Source: an uncultured virus (IMG/VR IMGVR_UViG_3300038345_000178)
Lineage: Duplodnaviria > Heunggongvirae > Uroviricota > Caudoviricetes
IMG/VR virus record: IMGVR_UViG_3300038345_000178
Direction: 5' to 3' (one strand)
Length of the DNA stretch: 60,788 bases
The notes below the pieces were generated by a model. That model made no database searches. It was not told where the DNA came from and saw only the letters and a program-made list of their open reading frames with translations. Positions 12,163-24,348 of the stretch are shown piece by piece (positions within the stretch are counted from its first letter, which is position 1; each line of letters starts with the position of its first letter). Both the position numbers and the translations under genes were made by a program.

Positions 12163-13128
12163 ATGGCAGTAAAACTGACAATCAATGGGCTGATTATTAA
12201 TTACGTTGCATCCTACGCGCTCACAAAAAAATGGCTTGTCGCAAAAAACGTACCCAATATAGGTTGGTGCTTTGAGGGTGCGAGTGACAACATGACTACC
12301 TGCACACAACTTTGTGCTCAGGTTGCTACAAAGCAAGGCTTTTCTACAGTCGTTCTCCCCGTTCCACGGGGAGACGACAACCACGCTCACTATGCGGCAG
12401 TTCTTGATACTGAATACATTGTTACGGATAACGGTTGGATGGTATATGACATAGGGCTTGTGGTGATGGATACGTCAACGGGGGAAATTATCAAATCAAT
12501 GGGATTCTTGATTGATGATACATTGTGTGAATATCGTGAAACATTCAAGCTTGATAGTTACTTAAAAGGTGATAAAAAAATCCCTTGTTACTATAAACAG
12601 AATACAGGATTTTATCTTGATAATATGGATTCAAGATACAATAGAGTATCATTTCAGGCGGCTATGGCTTATATGGAAACTATTCTTATACAGTATGAAA
12701 TCAAAGCACCGTATGCATTCTGCGGAATAGCTGATATTAAAGCTTTGAATGATACGGGTAATAAATTTAAAGTTAGTGTTCCACTGAATATTGAAGTTTT
12801 GAGTGTAACACCGAAAAAAACAAAAGTATGGATAGAAAAAAGATATGATGTGTTTGACCTTTATCCAGCTTGTAGAGAAGTTCTCTTGGCAACGGCAGCT
12901 TACAAACAGTGGTGCTTTGATTATAGATACCTTACAGGGAGGAATAATCCCTCATGTACAGCTGAATCAGTGTTCAGCTGGATAACAAAAAATCCAACAC
13001 ACAAAGAAATGCACAATGGATTACAAGACGCAATAGAAGAAGCAACCATCACAATGTGGGTACTCAATAATGGATACAAACTTGAAAAAAGAGTATCAAT
13101 AGATGATAGCAAGTATATCGAAAAGTAA
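12163..13128 (+). CDS. DEDDh-family 3'-5' exonuclease-like protein
   Basis: VLDTE ... D ... H.GLQD motifs; paralog of 21907-22557. Confidence 0.65.
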   Translation: MAVKLTINGLIINYVASYALTKKWLVAKNVPNIGWCFEGASDNMTTCTQLCAQVATKQGFSTVVLPVPRGDDNHAHYAAVLDTEYIVTDNGWMVYDIGLVVMDTSTGEIIKSMGFLIDDTLCEYRETFKLDSYLKGDKKIPCYYKQNTGFYLDNMDSRYNRVSFQAAMAYMETILIQYEIKAPYAFCGIADIKALNDTGNKFKVSVPLNIEVLSVTPKKTKVWIEKRYDVFDLYPACREVLLATAAYKQWCFDYRYLTGRNNPSCTAESVFSWITKNPTHKEMHNGLQDAIEEATITMWVLNNGYKLEKRVSIDDSKYIEK

Positions 13129-13210
13129 ACAAAAATGGCTCACTCATCAAAAGAGTGAGTGAGCCACAAAAATAAAAACTATTAAAACATAATGAAAGAG
13201 GTAATGACTT

Positions 13211-13420
13211 ATGAAAAAAACGACAATAATGCCAGTGGTATGCTACAGAACAAAAAGAGGTAACAAATATCTTGCATATTATCATCACAACAAAGAGATT
13301 GCACAGCATGAAGTCGATAAACTTAATAAATACAAACCACAAAAAATGTGGAATGGGGTAAAAATTGACTGGGATGACGTGGAGGAGTTTTTTGTAGATG
13401 AACAGGAGGAAATGTACTAA
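13211..13420 (+). CDS. Hypothetical protein
   Basis: GAGGT SD, 69 aa. Confidence 0.55.
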   Translation: MKKTTIMPVVCYRTKRGNKYLAYYHHNKEIAQHEVDKLNKYKPQKMWNGVKIDWDDVEEFFVDEQEEMY

Positions 13421-13541
13421 TAACAATAGCATATGGTTTCAGGGACTGCAGCAAGTCCCTGGAACGCATAGGCACGTAACGCAAGAATCGAAAGTAAGTT
13501 TTGAAAAAAACTAAACGGTGATAAAAAGGAGATAATACACT

Positions 13542-13817
13542 ATGAAAAACCTTAAAACCTACATACTGATAACTATTGGATTTATAATGTTCTTATATGT
13601 TCTTGGAAGAGTTGGATACGAAGAAGATCACTATACAAGAGAAGCAACAGTAACAAACATAAAGAATGAAGTAATATATGCAACAGATACAAGAGGCTAT
13701 TTATGGTCTTTTGAAAGCTCAGAGTTTAACATTGGTGATGAAATTGAAATGCTAATGTGTGCAAATCATACAGGAGATATTTCAGACGATACAATAGAAA
13801 AGGTTGTCCTGCGCTGA
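13542..13817 (+). CDS. Small membrane-anchored protein
   Basis: N-terminal TM helix, AGGAG SD. Confidence 0.55.
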   Translation: MKNLKTYILITIGFIMFLYVLGRVGYEEDHYTREATVTNIKNEVIYATDTRGYLWSFESSEFNIGDEIEMLMCANHTGDISDDTIEKVVLR

Positions 13818-13919
13818 GCAGGACATTCCTTTTTATAATAATAAATATTTATAATTTAAAATTGTAAATATAAAAATATTATTTTAATTATAAATATATA
13901 ATAATTCTATATACCCTAT

Positions 13920-14950
13920 TTTGGCGGTCGGCGCGGTTGCGGCAGTGAGCGCGCCGCCTCACATCCCGCGCGGGATGTGAGGTTTTTTCACTTTGTGCAA
14001 GTTGCACAAAAGTTTTCAACATAGGTTCCCAAAATTTAGAACTGTTGAAAACTTTTGTGCAAGTTGCACAAAGTGAACGGTCGTCACCTCTCCGTCGTAT
14101 TTTTGTGCAAAATGCACAAAAATTTTCCACTTGTGAAATCTTTTTTGTGCAACTTGCACAAAATCCCCGAAAATGTTGAAATGTTGAAAACTATGTGGAG
14201 AATGTTGAAATGTTGAAAACTATGTGGAGAATGTTGAAATGTTGAAAACTTTCGGCGCTTTGCACAAAGAGAAAATTAACCCTAATTTTTGTGCAAAATG
14301 CACAAATGAGGTTAATTAAATTTACGTATTCAGTCGGGCGGAGCCCGCAATTTGTGACCAAAATTCACATCACTTTTGTGAGATTGAATTTTGTGAGATT
14401 GTGAAATTTGGTCACATCCCAAAATTTTTGTGAAAAAAAATCACACACTTTAGCAAATTAAAGTAATAAAGAAAATGCAAGTTTGATACCTCTAACTTGC
14501 AAAAACTTTATTATGCTAAAGTCGTAAAGTTTTTGCAAGTTTAATACCTCTAACTTGCAAATGCAAGATTGACTTTTCAGACTTGCAAAAACTTTACTAT
14601 ACTAAAGTCTCACTTTTTTAAGATGTGAAAAAAGTTCACCCCGTTAATTTTTGCTAAATTTACCATTTTTTTCCAACCTCATTTTTTGGTATTTTTGGTA
14701 AAAAATGGTAAACCGTCATTCTGCATAAAAAACTTTATTAAAAATAATCATTATTCAGCATTTTGTCAAGCAAATACAGAAATGAGAATGTTTTTTGTAT
14801 ATTTTATACAACAAACTCAAAAAACACCGGTATTTTGCACAATTGTTTTATTTTCTATTTAGTAAAAACGACGAAAAAATGATTTTTTGCGTTTTTTTTG
14901 TGTAGTTTTACTAAAAATCCAACCGACTTTTTTGTAGTTTTTACCATTGA
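13920..14950. repeat. Non-coding block rich in TTGTGCA-N3-TGCACAA dyads, palindromes and a 29-bp tandem repeat
   Basis: Dyads at about 13994, 14055, 14103, 14145 and 14289; perfect 26-bp palindrome 13957-13982; AATGTTGAAATGTTGAAAACTATGTGGAG x2.7 at 14172-14250. Confidence 0.85.
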
Positions 14951-15260
14951 GAAATCTGAAAAAAGGGTTTATAATAATACCAGAGTCAAGCGAACGGCTC
15001 AAATAAATAAATGGAAGGTTTGGTAAATTATGGAAAATATCATCGGTTTTGAAGAGTGGGCTATGGATGAGAATTATGTAATTCTTTCGCCTGAAATCAA
15101 TGGAGTCCGCTACTTTATCGGTGCCGACTCTGATATCAGAGTTGCAAAGAGAATAGCAAAAAGCCATAACGGCGAAGTCTTTGATATCATTGACGTAGCA
15201 ATCTAAAATCAATAAGGGCGGCGGAAGCCGCCCGCAACAAAAGGAAGGAAGTTGTTTAGT

Positions 15261-15611
15261 ATGAACGAAAATCAGACCCTTATGAACATCAAGACCGCCA
15301 TTGATCAGTGTGACGGCGTAACGTGTGTTTACCTTGTCGCCACAAGAGCTGGTGACCAGTGTTACATCAAAGCAGGTAGAACGGCAAACCTCAAGAGAAG
15401 AATGCTTGACTATATCCGCCATAATCCCGTTGCAAGGCTGATTGCCTACAAGCCTACATCCTTTATAAACAGCTTTTCAGAAGAAAGATATTATCACAAA
15501 AGGTGCAAAGTCCTCGGATTTAAAAGGCACAAATTCAGTAAAGAATGGTACAAAGTGACCGCCGAGGAATACAAAATAATAACAGCTGAGGGTTTTAATG
15601 CCCTCGGCTAA
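15261..15611 (+). CDS. GIY-YIG/T5orf172-like nuclease domain protein
   Basis: VYLV...YIKAGRT.NLKRR...E...H...EWY pattern. Confidence 0.6.
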   Translation: MNENQTLMNIKTAIDQCDGVTCVYLVATRAGDQCYIKAGRTANLKRRMLDYIRHNPVARLIAYKPTSFINSFSEERYYHKRCKVLGFKRHKFSKEWYKVTAEEYKIITAEGFNALG

Positions 15612-15758
15612 TATGCACAAAAATAACATCCCAAATTTGACATCTAATTTTTAAAAACTTTTTCAAAAATGCTTGACATTTTTCTAAAGATGTGTTATTA
15701 TATAATCACAGGGAACGAAAGTAACCTAAAACAAAAACAATAGAAAGAGGTAGTCATT

Positions 15759-16898
15759 ATGAAAAAAACAGCTCAGAAAATTATGGTTCTTGGTGTTACT
15801 CTTGCGGTAGTTGCAACTCTTATCTTTTTGGCAGCAGGTAATTACATTCAGTGTTATAACAAGTATAATCACGGCACACATGAAAATTGCGGCGGTCGTT
15901 GGGTAGTAACGACACACACCAAAGCACAAGGAACTTTTTACACTTGTGATAAATGTCATGCACAGTTTAGCTCTTGGTTCGGAGCAATCTTCCACTAAAA
16001 AAATATCAAAAAGGGCTTGACAAGCTCAAGCCCTTATGATATAATGAATACATCAAATAAAGAAAGAGGTAATCAAAATGGTAGGACAGTATGTAGGACA
16101 GCACTATTCACAGTTTGCAGAGGAACTCGTTGCACAATACGGACAGTATGTAGCCGATCAGCTTGCCGAAATCGCTTTAGGCGAAGAAGCTGCTTATGAT
16201 GAAGTAGAGCTTTGTGAATCAGCCGAATCGGCTTACGGAGCACATGAAGTTTTACAGTTCAGTGAAGAGGGATATGTAGTAGGACAGTATTATGCAGAAA
16301 TAGAGGGTTGAGCGGAAACGCTCAATTCCTCTCAAAAAAAATTTTAAAAAACCTATTGACAAACAATAAAAAACATGATATAATATAGATACAATAAAGA
16401 AAGGCGGTAACTGCTATGAGAGTAACCTATTCAGATGATGAAAGATACCCAATTGAAATCTCTAACTCTTATGAAAAAGTCAGTATTGACATTTTTGCAA
16501 TACAAGACGATGACGATTGGAACGACTTCATAAATGCTCTAAATCAGCTTAGAGAGGGGGTTTTAAATGGTTATTATCAAAACTTTTCAAAAAAAATAGC
16601 AAAAAGGGGTTGACAAATCAACCCCGATATGCTATAATATAAGCACAGTAAAGAAAAAACCAAACAAAAGAGAGAGGTAATTAAAATGACAAACACAGAA
16701 AAAATCTTTGTTATGATGTTGGGAACAGCTATGCTGGATACACTCAGCTCTGGTCTCTGCGATGGTGTCTTAACAGAGACGGAACAGAGAGAGCTTACTT
16801 CCTTAGCCACTCAGTTTATACAGGGTGACCCAGCTGTAACACCGGAACAGGAAAAACTTGTAAACAAAATTATGGACAGAAATGGTATAGCTCACTAA
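15759..16898 (+). CDS. Four small early-type genes (15759-15998, 16078-16311, 16416-16613, 16686-16898)
   Basis: Each preceded by its own TTGACA-N17-TAT(A/T)AT promoter and SD. Confidence 0.55.
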
Positions 16899-17705
16899 TC
16901 AAAATTGTGCAATCTGACGAAAATAAAAATCGTCAGATTGCATAAAAACTTTTTTAATTTTTTGTTTATAATGCTGAAAATAAAAATCAGCAATTTGCAC
17001 AAAAATTTTTCAACATACCCTAATTTTTTGTGCAAATCGCCGGTGCGGTTGCGACTGGGAGCGCACCGCTTCGAAGCAACTGGCAAAGTGCACAAATTTT
17101 TATGTGGAATTTTGGTAGATCTGCACAATACCAAATTTTTCCCAAAAATTTTGTGCAATTTGCACAATGTCAAAATTTTGACCTTTAATTTGTGCAAATT
17201 GCACAAGTAAAATTCTAACCCCTCTTTTTTGTGCATTCTGACGAACGCCGCTCGCAGCCGATGGAGCCCGCAATTTGTGAATCACATTCACAAGGGTAAT
17301 TTTTTGGACAATTTTTCCGTTTGTGACTAAAACCCCACATTCCCGAAAGATAAACGGGTGTCTATTTTGCAAGTTTAATCTATTAAACTTGCAAAACCGG
17401 CTCTTCATGGCAAAATGCACAACCGAGAAGGCTATCAATTGTGCAATTTATACAACGTCAAAGACAATGTGCCTAAAAAAGTTACTGTAACTTTGTGCAA
17501 AATACCACTTGTATTTTCTGGAAATAAGAGTATAATAGTGTATGTAAGGTTGAGGGAACGAAAACAGGGTGCGAAACTCCTGAGCGTAGGCTCAAAAAAA
17601 AATTAAAAAAAGTTTCAAAAACCCCTTGACAAACCAAAAGCCTTATGATATAATATAGATACAGTCAAGCAAGACTGATATCAAAAAAGAAAGAGGTTAT
17701 GTCTT

Positions 17706-18059
17706 ATGACAAAAAGAGAAATGTTCACTGCTATGCTCGCAATCCCTGCAATCGCTGATAACGCTGAGATGACTGAGTTCATCAATCACGAGATTGAGCT
17801 TCTCGTCAAGAAAAGCTCTGCTGAGCGCAAGCCCACCAAGACTCAGGTTGAGAATGAAGCCTTTAAGACTGCAATCCTCAACTATCTGATAAAGGTAGAA
17901 GTCGGTCGCTGTATCAAAGACCTTCAGGTTGAAATCCCTGAGATTTCTGAGCTGAGCAATCAGCGTATTACCCACCTGATGACCGCACTGGTAAATTCTG
18001 GTAAGGTTACCAAGGAATATGTCAAGAAAACCCCGTTCTATACGGCGGTTCTTGACTGA
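17706..18059 (+). CDS. Winged-helix-like DNA-binding protein (copy 1)
   Basis: MTKREMF...SNQRITHLMTALV..GKVTKE; close paralog at 23551, distant paralog at 34025. Confidence 0.65.
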   Translation: MTKREMFTAMLAIPAIADNAEMTEFINHEIELLVKKSSAERKPTKTQVENEAFKTAILNYLIKVEVGRCIKDLQVEIPEISELSNQRITHLMTALVNSGKVTKEYVKKTPFYTAVLD

Positions 18060-18115
18060 AAAACTCAAAAAAGTGGGGCTGAAAAGCCCCACTCCCTCGG
18101 GGGAGGTGTTCACAA

Positions 18116-18517
18116 ATGACGATTGACTTTAATGGCAAAAAAATCCAAATTCCTAACGCTGAACTTGAAAAAAGTATGAAAATACTTGAAATCTCACAAG
18201 AGGAGGCAATCCAACTTTGGTTAGAAGATAATGATTTTTGTGAGAACGCAGAAGCCGAAGCACTCACAAAAAAAGCGAAAGAAAATCACACGGTTCAACA
18301 TTCGGCAAAATCCACAAAACCAAGAGCTGCCACAAAAAGAGAACGCAAGCCCGACACAGAAAAGGAGGATATTATTCACAAACTTGCGGATTTTCTTGCG
18401 GCAAACGGTTTTGAGTCCGTCGAAATCACCAATAAATCCAAACTCATTGAGTTCAAAATTGGTGAAAATCACTACAAGCTCGATCTGATTCGTCAAAGAG
18501 CACAAAAGAAGGGGTGA
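18116..18517 (+). CDS. Hypothetical protein (copy 1)
   Basis: Close paralog of 23938-24348. Confidence 0.65.
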   Translation: MTIDFNGKKIQIPNAELEKSMKILEISQEEAIQLWLEDNDFCENAEAEALTKKAKENHTVQHSAKSTKPRAATKRERKPDTEKEDIIHKLADFLAANGFESVEITNKSKLIEFKIGENHYKLDLIRQRAQKKG

Positions 18518-19020
18518 TTTTTATGTAGAATTTAGTTAATTTAACATTTGTGCAGGTTGCACAACAGCAACCTGCACAATCATGTTGAGAACTTTTTGTG
18601 TAAACTGCACAAAAGTTCTCAATTTTTTTATTATGCAAATTGCACAAAAAGTTTTCAACTTGTGCAAAATTTTTGTGCAATTCGACGGCGCGCGAGCGAA
18701 GGGAAGCGCGTCGTCATTTTGCACAAAAATACTTGCAAATTTTCTACATTCGTCATTTTGCACAAACTTTTTTCCACATTAATTCCCGATTTTGTGCAAA
18801 ATGACAACACTCTGCAAAAGTCAAGATGGCAAGTTGCACAAAGCTACCGCTGCATCTTTATCTATTTTGCCTATTGACATAAAAAATCAATTGTCATTTT
18901 GCACAAACCTTATGCCTACAATTTAACATTCGTCAAAATGACGAAATTGTAATTTTACTATTGATTTTTTATAAAATTTAATTTATAATATAAGTACAGT
19001 AAAGAAAGGAAGTGCTAAAA

Positions 19021-19458
19021 ATGAGAATCTGCTTTGACATGGACGGTACAATAGCCAATCTGTACGGCGTAAAAAATTGGCTTGAAATGCTAATCAATCA
19101 CGATGAAACGCCCTACAAAAATGCTACGGTACTTGTAAACATGAACGTGCTTGCAAGAATGTTAAACAAGCTACAGAAAAAAGGTTATCAGATAGGAATA
19201 ATCTCATGGCTTGCTAAAAACTCAAATGATGATTATGATACAAAAGTAACCAAAGCAAAAAGAGAATGGCTTACAAAGCATCTTCACAGCGTACAGTTTG
19301 ACTTTATTGAGATAGTCAAATATGGAACTCCGAAAAGTTTTGTAGCAAAAACAAAAAATGACATTCTATTTGATGACGAGATAGGCAATAGAATAGAATG
19401 GACAGGAAAAGCGTATGACGCTCACAATATCTTTGAGGTGTTAAGGTCTTTACCTTAA
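19021..19458 (+). CDS. HAD-superfamily phosphatase (5'(3')-nucleotidase-like)
   Basis: FDMDGT motif I and ILFDD motif IV. Confidence 0.75.
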   Translation: MRICFDMDGTIANLYGVKNWLEMLINHDETPYKNATVLVNMNVLARMLNKLQKKGYQIGIISWLAKNSNDDYDTKVTKAKREWLTKHLHSVQFDFIEIVKYGTPKSFVAKTKNDILFDDEIGNRIEWTGKAYDAHNIFEVLRSLP

Positions 19459-19562
19459 TACCCCCAAAAAAAAAGATAAAAAAATTTTCAAAAATCTATT
19501 GACAAATACATTCAGATATGTTATAATAAATACATCAAATAAAGAAAGGAAGTCGTTAAAAG

Positions 19563-19961
19563 ATGACAATAAGGTTTTACGGAGAACAAATAGAAAAAGC
19601 CTTTAAAGAAGGCGACTATGAAAAAGCCGAATCTTTAAGAAAAGACTGTATGGGAGAGCCAGGGTTTTTCGGGGCTTTTCATGAATGGTGGATAGGAAGG
19701 CACAAAAGGCATAAATACGGCTGGGATAAATTGGCTTTAGAAATTATTGAAAACTATGCACATAAAACTTTTACCGCAAAAGACTTAAACTGTAGCGGTA
19801 GCAAGTTAATCAATGCAGCTTATTGGATAGGCATTGATGATTTGACTACAGTTGGCGAAAGACCGCATAGATACAAAGTAAATCTTGGCGCTTTTTATAT
19901 TATTTTTCAGTTTTGCCCTGAAATAATGGAAAAGGTCATAAAAGCACTTAAAGAAATTTAG
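19563..19961 (+). CDS. Hypothetical protein ending at TAG
   Basis: Own promoter; TAG is directly followed by the hairpin GGCGGAAATTTTTCCGCC. Confidence 0.55.
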   Translation: MTIRFYGEQIEKAFKEGDYEKAESLRKDCMGEPGFFGAFHEWWIGRHKRHKYGWDKLALEIIENYAHKTFTAKDLNCSGSKLINAAYWIGIDDLTTVGERPHRYKVNLGAFYIIFQFCPEIMEKVIKALKEI

Positions 19962-20065
19962 GCGGAAATTTTTCCGCCTTTAATCTTAAAAAAAGTTTCA
20001 AAAACCTATTGACAAACTACAACAGATATGTTATAATAAAGATACTGAAAGAGAGGTTGATAATT

Positions 20066-21410
20066 ATGAAAAACAAAGAACTGCAAACCCAAGTCGACAA
20101 GGTAATGGATGAGCTTTACAAGCTCCATAAAATGCTACCAGAAGATGAGCGTACATTCTACTTTGATGAAGGCGAACAAAACCTGGTAACAGTAGCGCAA
20201 ATAATAAGCGTAAACATTAGCCTTGCAGAAACTGAAAAAGAGGTTATGGCGGAGATGGACTCCGCCTAATCTCAAAAAAATTTTTTCAAAAACCTATTGA
20301 CAAACTAAAAAGAGTATGCTATAATAAAGATACTGAAAGAGAGGTTGATAACTATGACGATTAAAGAAATGATGGAAATCTTTGAACTGCAAATTGCCGC
20401 TGGTAATTGGAATGAAGATGATGAAGTTTATGTATGTGATGATACTGGATTCTTTGATACAGTTAATTTTTTCCTCAAAGATTCTGACGGCGACATTAGA
20501 ATTTATTCAGTATAAACAAAACATACAGCAACTTGCATAAAAAGGAGGGAGAAAATTTGTGCAGGTTGCTAACTAAAAACCTATTGACAAATATATTCAG
20601 ATATGTTATAATAAAGACACTGAAAGAGAGGTATTAAAAATGATTACTTGTATCTTTGGAACAGGCTCAAACTGTACGTACTATAAAAAGGGATATTGTA
20701 CGCTGGAGGATGATTTTGGTGAACCTTGTTGTGTAGAATGCGATTCTAAAGAGGAGGAAAGTGAAGAAGATTATACTCTTGATTGAAAAAAATAAAAGGG
20801 GAAATTAAAAATTTCCCCTTGACAAACTAAAAGAAATATGCTATAATATAGATACAATCAAACAAGGAGGTCATAAATATGACAAATGATACTGCATTAG
20901 AAATATTGAAAGGGAGCCTTTCTTTCCTACCAGAGGACGAATTAACATCAATAATCACCGCTGTAAAAAATGAACAAAATGCACGAAAAAACAAGGATAA
21001 ATCAGAAGTGGGGGAGGATAACTGAAAATGATTATACTTAATTAAAAAAATAAAAGAGGAAATTTTAAATTTCCTCTTGACAAATCAAAAGAAGTATGAT
21101 ATAATAAATACATCAAATAAAGAAAGGGGTCATTCAAATGACGGAATACTCAAAGAAAATGATAACTTGCATGGAAACGCTTTCTCAACTTTCTCCGATG
21201 GAGCTGGCTGACCTTACGGAAGCTATCGAAAAAGAGCAGAAAGCAAGAAAGGACGCAAAATGCAAAGAAAAAATCCTTGCAGCTATGAACGCTTTTAAAG
21301 AACTGTATGATTATTACGACTACCTTGAAGTAGAACGTGAAAACGTGATGATGGATATCTACGTTACAGATATTCAAGAAGCCCTTGAAAAACTTTACTA
21401 CCTTTATTGA
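20066..21410 (+). CDS. Run of five very small genes, each with a repeated promoter (including 20066-20269 and 21138-21410)
   Basis: TTGACAAA-N15-TATAAT plus an AG-rich SD precedes each short ORF. Confidence 0.5.
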
Positions 21411-21906
21411 AACTGCACAAAAACCGAAAGTCAATAGGCAAAATAACCAAAGATAGGAGGCAAGATTTATTAATCTTGCCTATTGACTTTTGCGACTTGC
21501 ACAAAAATGCGGCGGCTGATTGGTCAAAATGCTATTGTGCAATTTGCACAAAAATTTTTCAACTTGTAGAAAATTTTTGTGCATTTTGCCGGGGCGTTTT
21601 CTCTCGCGGCGCCCCGAAATTCCATTATACCACACCTCGCCAATTTTGTCAATAGGCAAATTGCACAAACTTTCAAAAAAATTTTTTCCCGAATTTGTGC
21701 AAAACAGAGAAAATTTTTTCAGCAAGTTGCACAATTGCCGCCCCGCATTTTTGTTAATTCTTACAAACTTTTCTCTGTTTTGCACAAACTTACAATCAAA
21801 TCTTTGGTTATTTTACCTATTGCATTTTGTTTCTGGATATGGTAAGATATATTTGTCAGTGAGGGACAGGAAGCTAAACCCCGATTGACAGAAAGGATTT
21901 GATAAA

Positions 21907-22557
21907 ATGAACGAAAGATTTTTAGTGATTGACACGGAGACTACAAATTCCCTTGATGACCCTATCTGCTATGACATAGGCTTTGCCGTTGTAGATAAAG
22001 AAGGGAACGTGTATGAGACTCACAGTTATGCAATAGCGGATATCATTCTTGATTCTGAGCTGATGGATACCGCTTACTATGCTGAAAAAATCCCGTCTTA
22101 CTGGGCTGAGATTGAAAACGGCGAAAGAAAACTGAGAAAATTTCACACTGTAAAGTGCATAGTCGCTGATATCATCAAACAGTACAACATAAAGATAGTT
22201 GTGGCACATAACGCAAGGTTTGACTATCGTTCACTTAACTTAACACAAAGGTTTATTACAAGCTCAAAATTTAGGTACTTTTTCCCTTTTGGTGTAAAAA
22301 TTTGGGATACACTGAAAATGTCAAGAGAAGTGCTAAAAGGCTCTGACGCTTACCGCAAGTTTTGTGTAGACAATGGATATATCACAAAAAACAAACAAAA
22401 CCGTTTTACTGCGGAAGTTTTGTATAGGTATCTCACAAATGATACATCTTTTATAGAAGAGCATAAGGGCTTGCAAGATGTGTTGATTGAAAAGGATATT
22501 TTCGCCTACTGCATGAAAGAATATCCTGAAATTAACGGGGCTTTGTGGGACGATTAA
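21907..22557 (+). CDS. DEDDh 3'-5' exonuclease (DnaQ-like)
   Basis: VIDTET, AHNARFD and H.GLQD Exo I-III motifs. Confidence 0.8.
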   Translation: MNERFLVIDTETTNSLDDPICYDIGFAVVDKEGNVYETHSYAIADIILDSELMDTAYYAEKIPSYWAEIENGERKLRKFHTVKCIVADIIKQYNIKIVVAHNARFDYRSLNLTQRFITSSKFRYFFPFGVKIWDTLKMSREVLKGSDAYRKFCVDNGYITKNKQNRFTAEVLYRYLTNDTSFIEEHKGLQDVLIEKDIFAYCMKEYPEINGALWDD

Positions 22558-22655
22558 GCCCCACAAAGCAAAATAAAAAATTTTTCAAAAACCTATTGAC
22601 AAACAAAAGAAAAGGATGTATAATATAGATACAATCAAACAAGGAGGTAACTAAA

Positions 22656-22829
22656 ATGGTTACAGGTATTATCAGAAAAATGGAAAAGAATGGAATTGTA
22701 GCTATTCCTAAAACGTTTCGTCAGGCTCTTGATATCAAAGAAAATGATAATATCATTTTTGAGATTGATAGAAAAAAGGGTGTAATCATTATCAAGCCTG
22801 ATAAGCCTGATGATGAAAAAAACAAATAA
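22656..22829 (+). CDS. AbrB/SpoVT-type DNA-binding regulator
   Basis: MVTGIIRKMEKNGIVAIPKTFRQALDIKENDNIIFE resembles the AbrB N-domain (TGI.RK...G...IP...R..L.I.E.D); AGGAGG SD. Confidence 0.7.
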   Translation: MVTGIIRKMEKNGIVAIPKTFRQALDIKENDNIIFEIDRKKGVIIIKPDKPDDEKNK

Positions 22830-22833
22830 AAAA

Positions 22834-22933
22834 NNNNNNNNNNNNNNNNNNNNNNNNNNNNNNNNNNNNNNNNNNNNNNNNNNNNNNNNNNNNNNNNNNN
22901 NNNNNNNNNNNNNNNNNNNNNNNNNNNNNNNNN
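22834..22933. other. Assembly gap (100 N)
   Basis: Run of n characters. Confidence 1.
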
Positions 22934-23550
22934 GGCAATGTATGCAGACATCACAATTGACCCAGGGGGATGAAAATCCCCCTTATTTTTTGTGCAACTT
23001 GACGAATGTGCAAGTTGCACAATTTTTATTAACAATGTGGAAAACTTTTGTGCAATTTGACGGGCCGTCCGCAGACATATTTGGCCCGCAATTGTGATTC
23101 ACATTCACATAGGACATTTTTTTGTTCGGTATTTTGCACAAACTTTTCGACTAAAAAATCCCGATTTTTGTGCATTTTGCCTATTGACTTAGCAAAATGC
23201 ACAAACCTGCCGCAAAAAGTTTGTGCAACATTACTATTGACTTCAACAGATTGCACAAAAATCGATTTCGGTTTTTGTGCAACCTGCACTATTGACACAG
23301 CACTTTGCACAAAGAATCTTCTTTACCAGCAAAAATCTTTGACTTGACATTTTTTAAAATTTAATGTATAATATATATGTAAGGTTGAGAGAGGAGCAAG
23401 GCTACCAAGGGCGGTTGACCCAAAAAAAATACAAAGAGTATAAAAAAAGGTCTTGACAAATCTCTGAGTATATGCTATAATGTATATACAAGGTAAGGGA
23501 AAAAACCTAAACCTTGCAAAAAAATCACATTCTGAAAGGAAGTCGTTACT

Positions 23551-23898
23551 ATGACAAAGAGAGAAATGTTTGCCGCTATCCGTGAGGTCGTTATTGACAA
23601 TGCTGAAATGACCGCCTTTATTGACCATGAGATTGAACTTCTTGTCAAGAAGTCGTCTGTGGAGCGTAAGCCTACAAAGGTACAGCTTGAAAACACTCAC
23701 TTTAAGGAGGTTATCCTTGCTTATCTTATCGATGTAGGAGTCGGTCGTTGTATTAAGGACTTGCAGTCCGAGATACCCGAAATTTCGGGTCTGTCTAACC
23801 AGCGTGTTACCCATCTCATGACCGCTCTTGTAAACGAAAACAAGGTTACAAAGGAATACGTAAAGAAGACTCCGTTCTACGCTGCTATCGTTTGGTGA
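23551..23898 (+). CDS. Winged-helix-like DNA-binding protein (copy 2)
   Basis: Highly similar to 17706-18059. Confidence 0.65.
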   Translation: MTKREMFAAIREVVIDNAEMTAFIDHEIELLVKKSSVERKPTKVQLENTHFKEVILAYLIDVGVGRCIKDLQSEIPEISGLSNQRVTHLMTALVNENKVTKEYVKKTPFYAAIVW

Positions 23899-23937
23899 AA
23901 AAAGTGAGGGCTGTAAAAAGCCCTCACTCCGAAAGGA

Positions 23938-24348
23938 GTGATTTTTGTGAGATATACGTTTGAGGGAAAAACCATCACAATTCCCGATACCGAGCTTGAA
24001 AAAAGCATGAAGCTACTTGACATCTCAAAAGATGAAGCTATTCAGATGTGGCTTGAAGACAATGACTATTGTGAGAATGAAGAAGTTGAGATTCTCACGG
24101 CAAAAGCTAAAGAAAATAAGGCTGTACAGCATGGGGCTGTGAACGTTAACAAGTCAAGAACCGCCACAAAAAGAGAGCGGAAACCCGATGTTGAAAAAGA
24201 AGAGATTATCAGTAAACTTGCTGAATTTCTTGAAACTATCGGAACTTCCGTCAAAATCACCAACAAAAGCAAGCTAATTGAGTTTGAAATTGGTGAAAAT
24301 CACTACAAAGTAGACCTAATCAAGCAAAGACCGCCCAAAAAAGCATAA
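23938..24348 (+). CDS. Hypothetical protein (copy 2)
   Basis: Highly similar to 18116-18517. Confidence 0.65.
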   Translation: MIFVRYTFEGKTITIPDTELEKSMKLLDISKDEAIQMWLEDNDYCENEEVEILTAKAKENKAVQHGAVNVNKSRTATKRERKPDVEKEEIISKLAEFLETIGTSVKITNKSKLIEFEIGENHYKVDLIKQRPPKKA

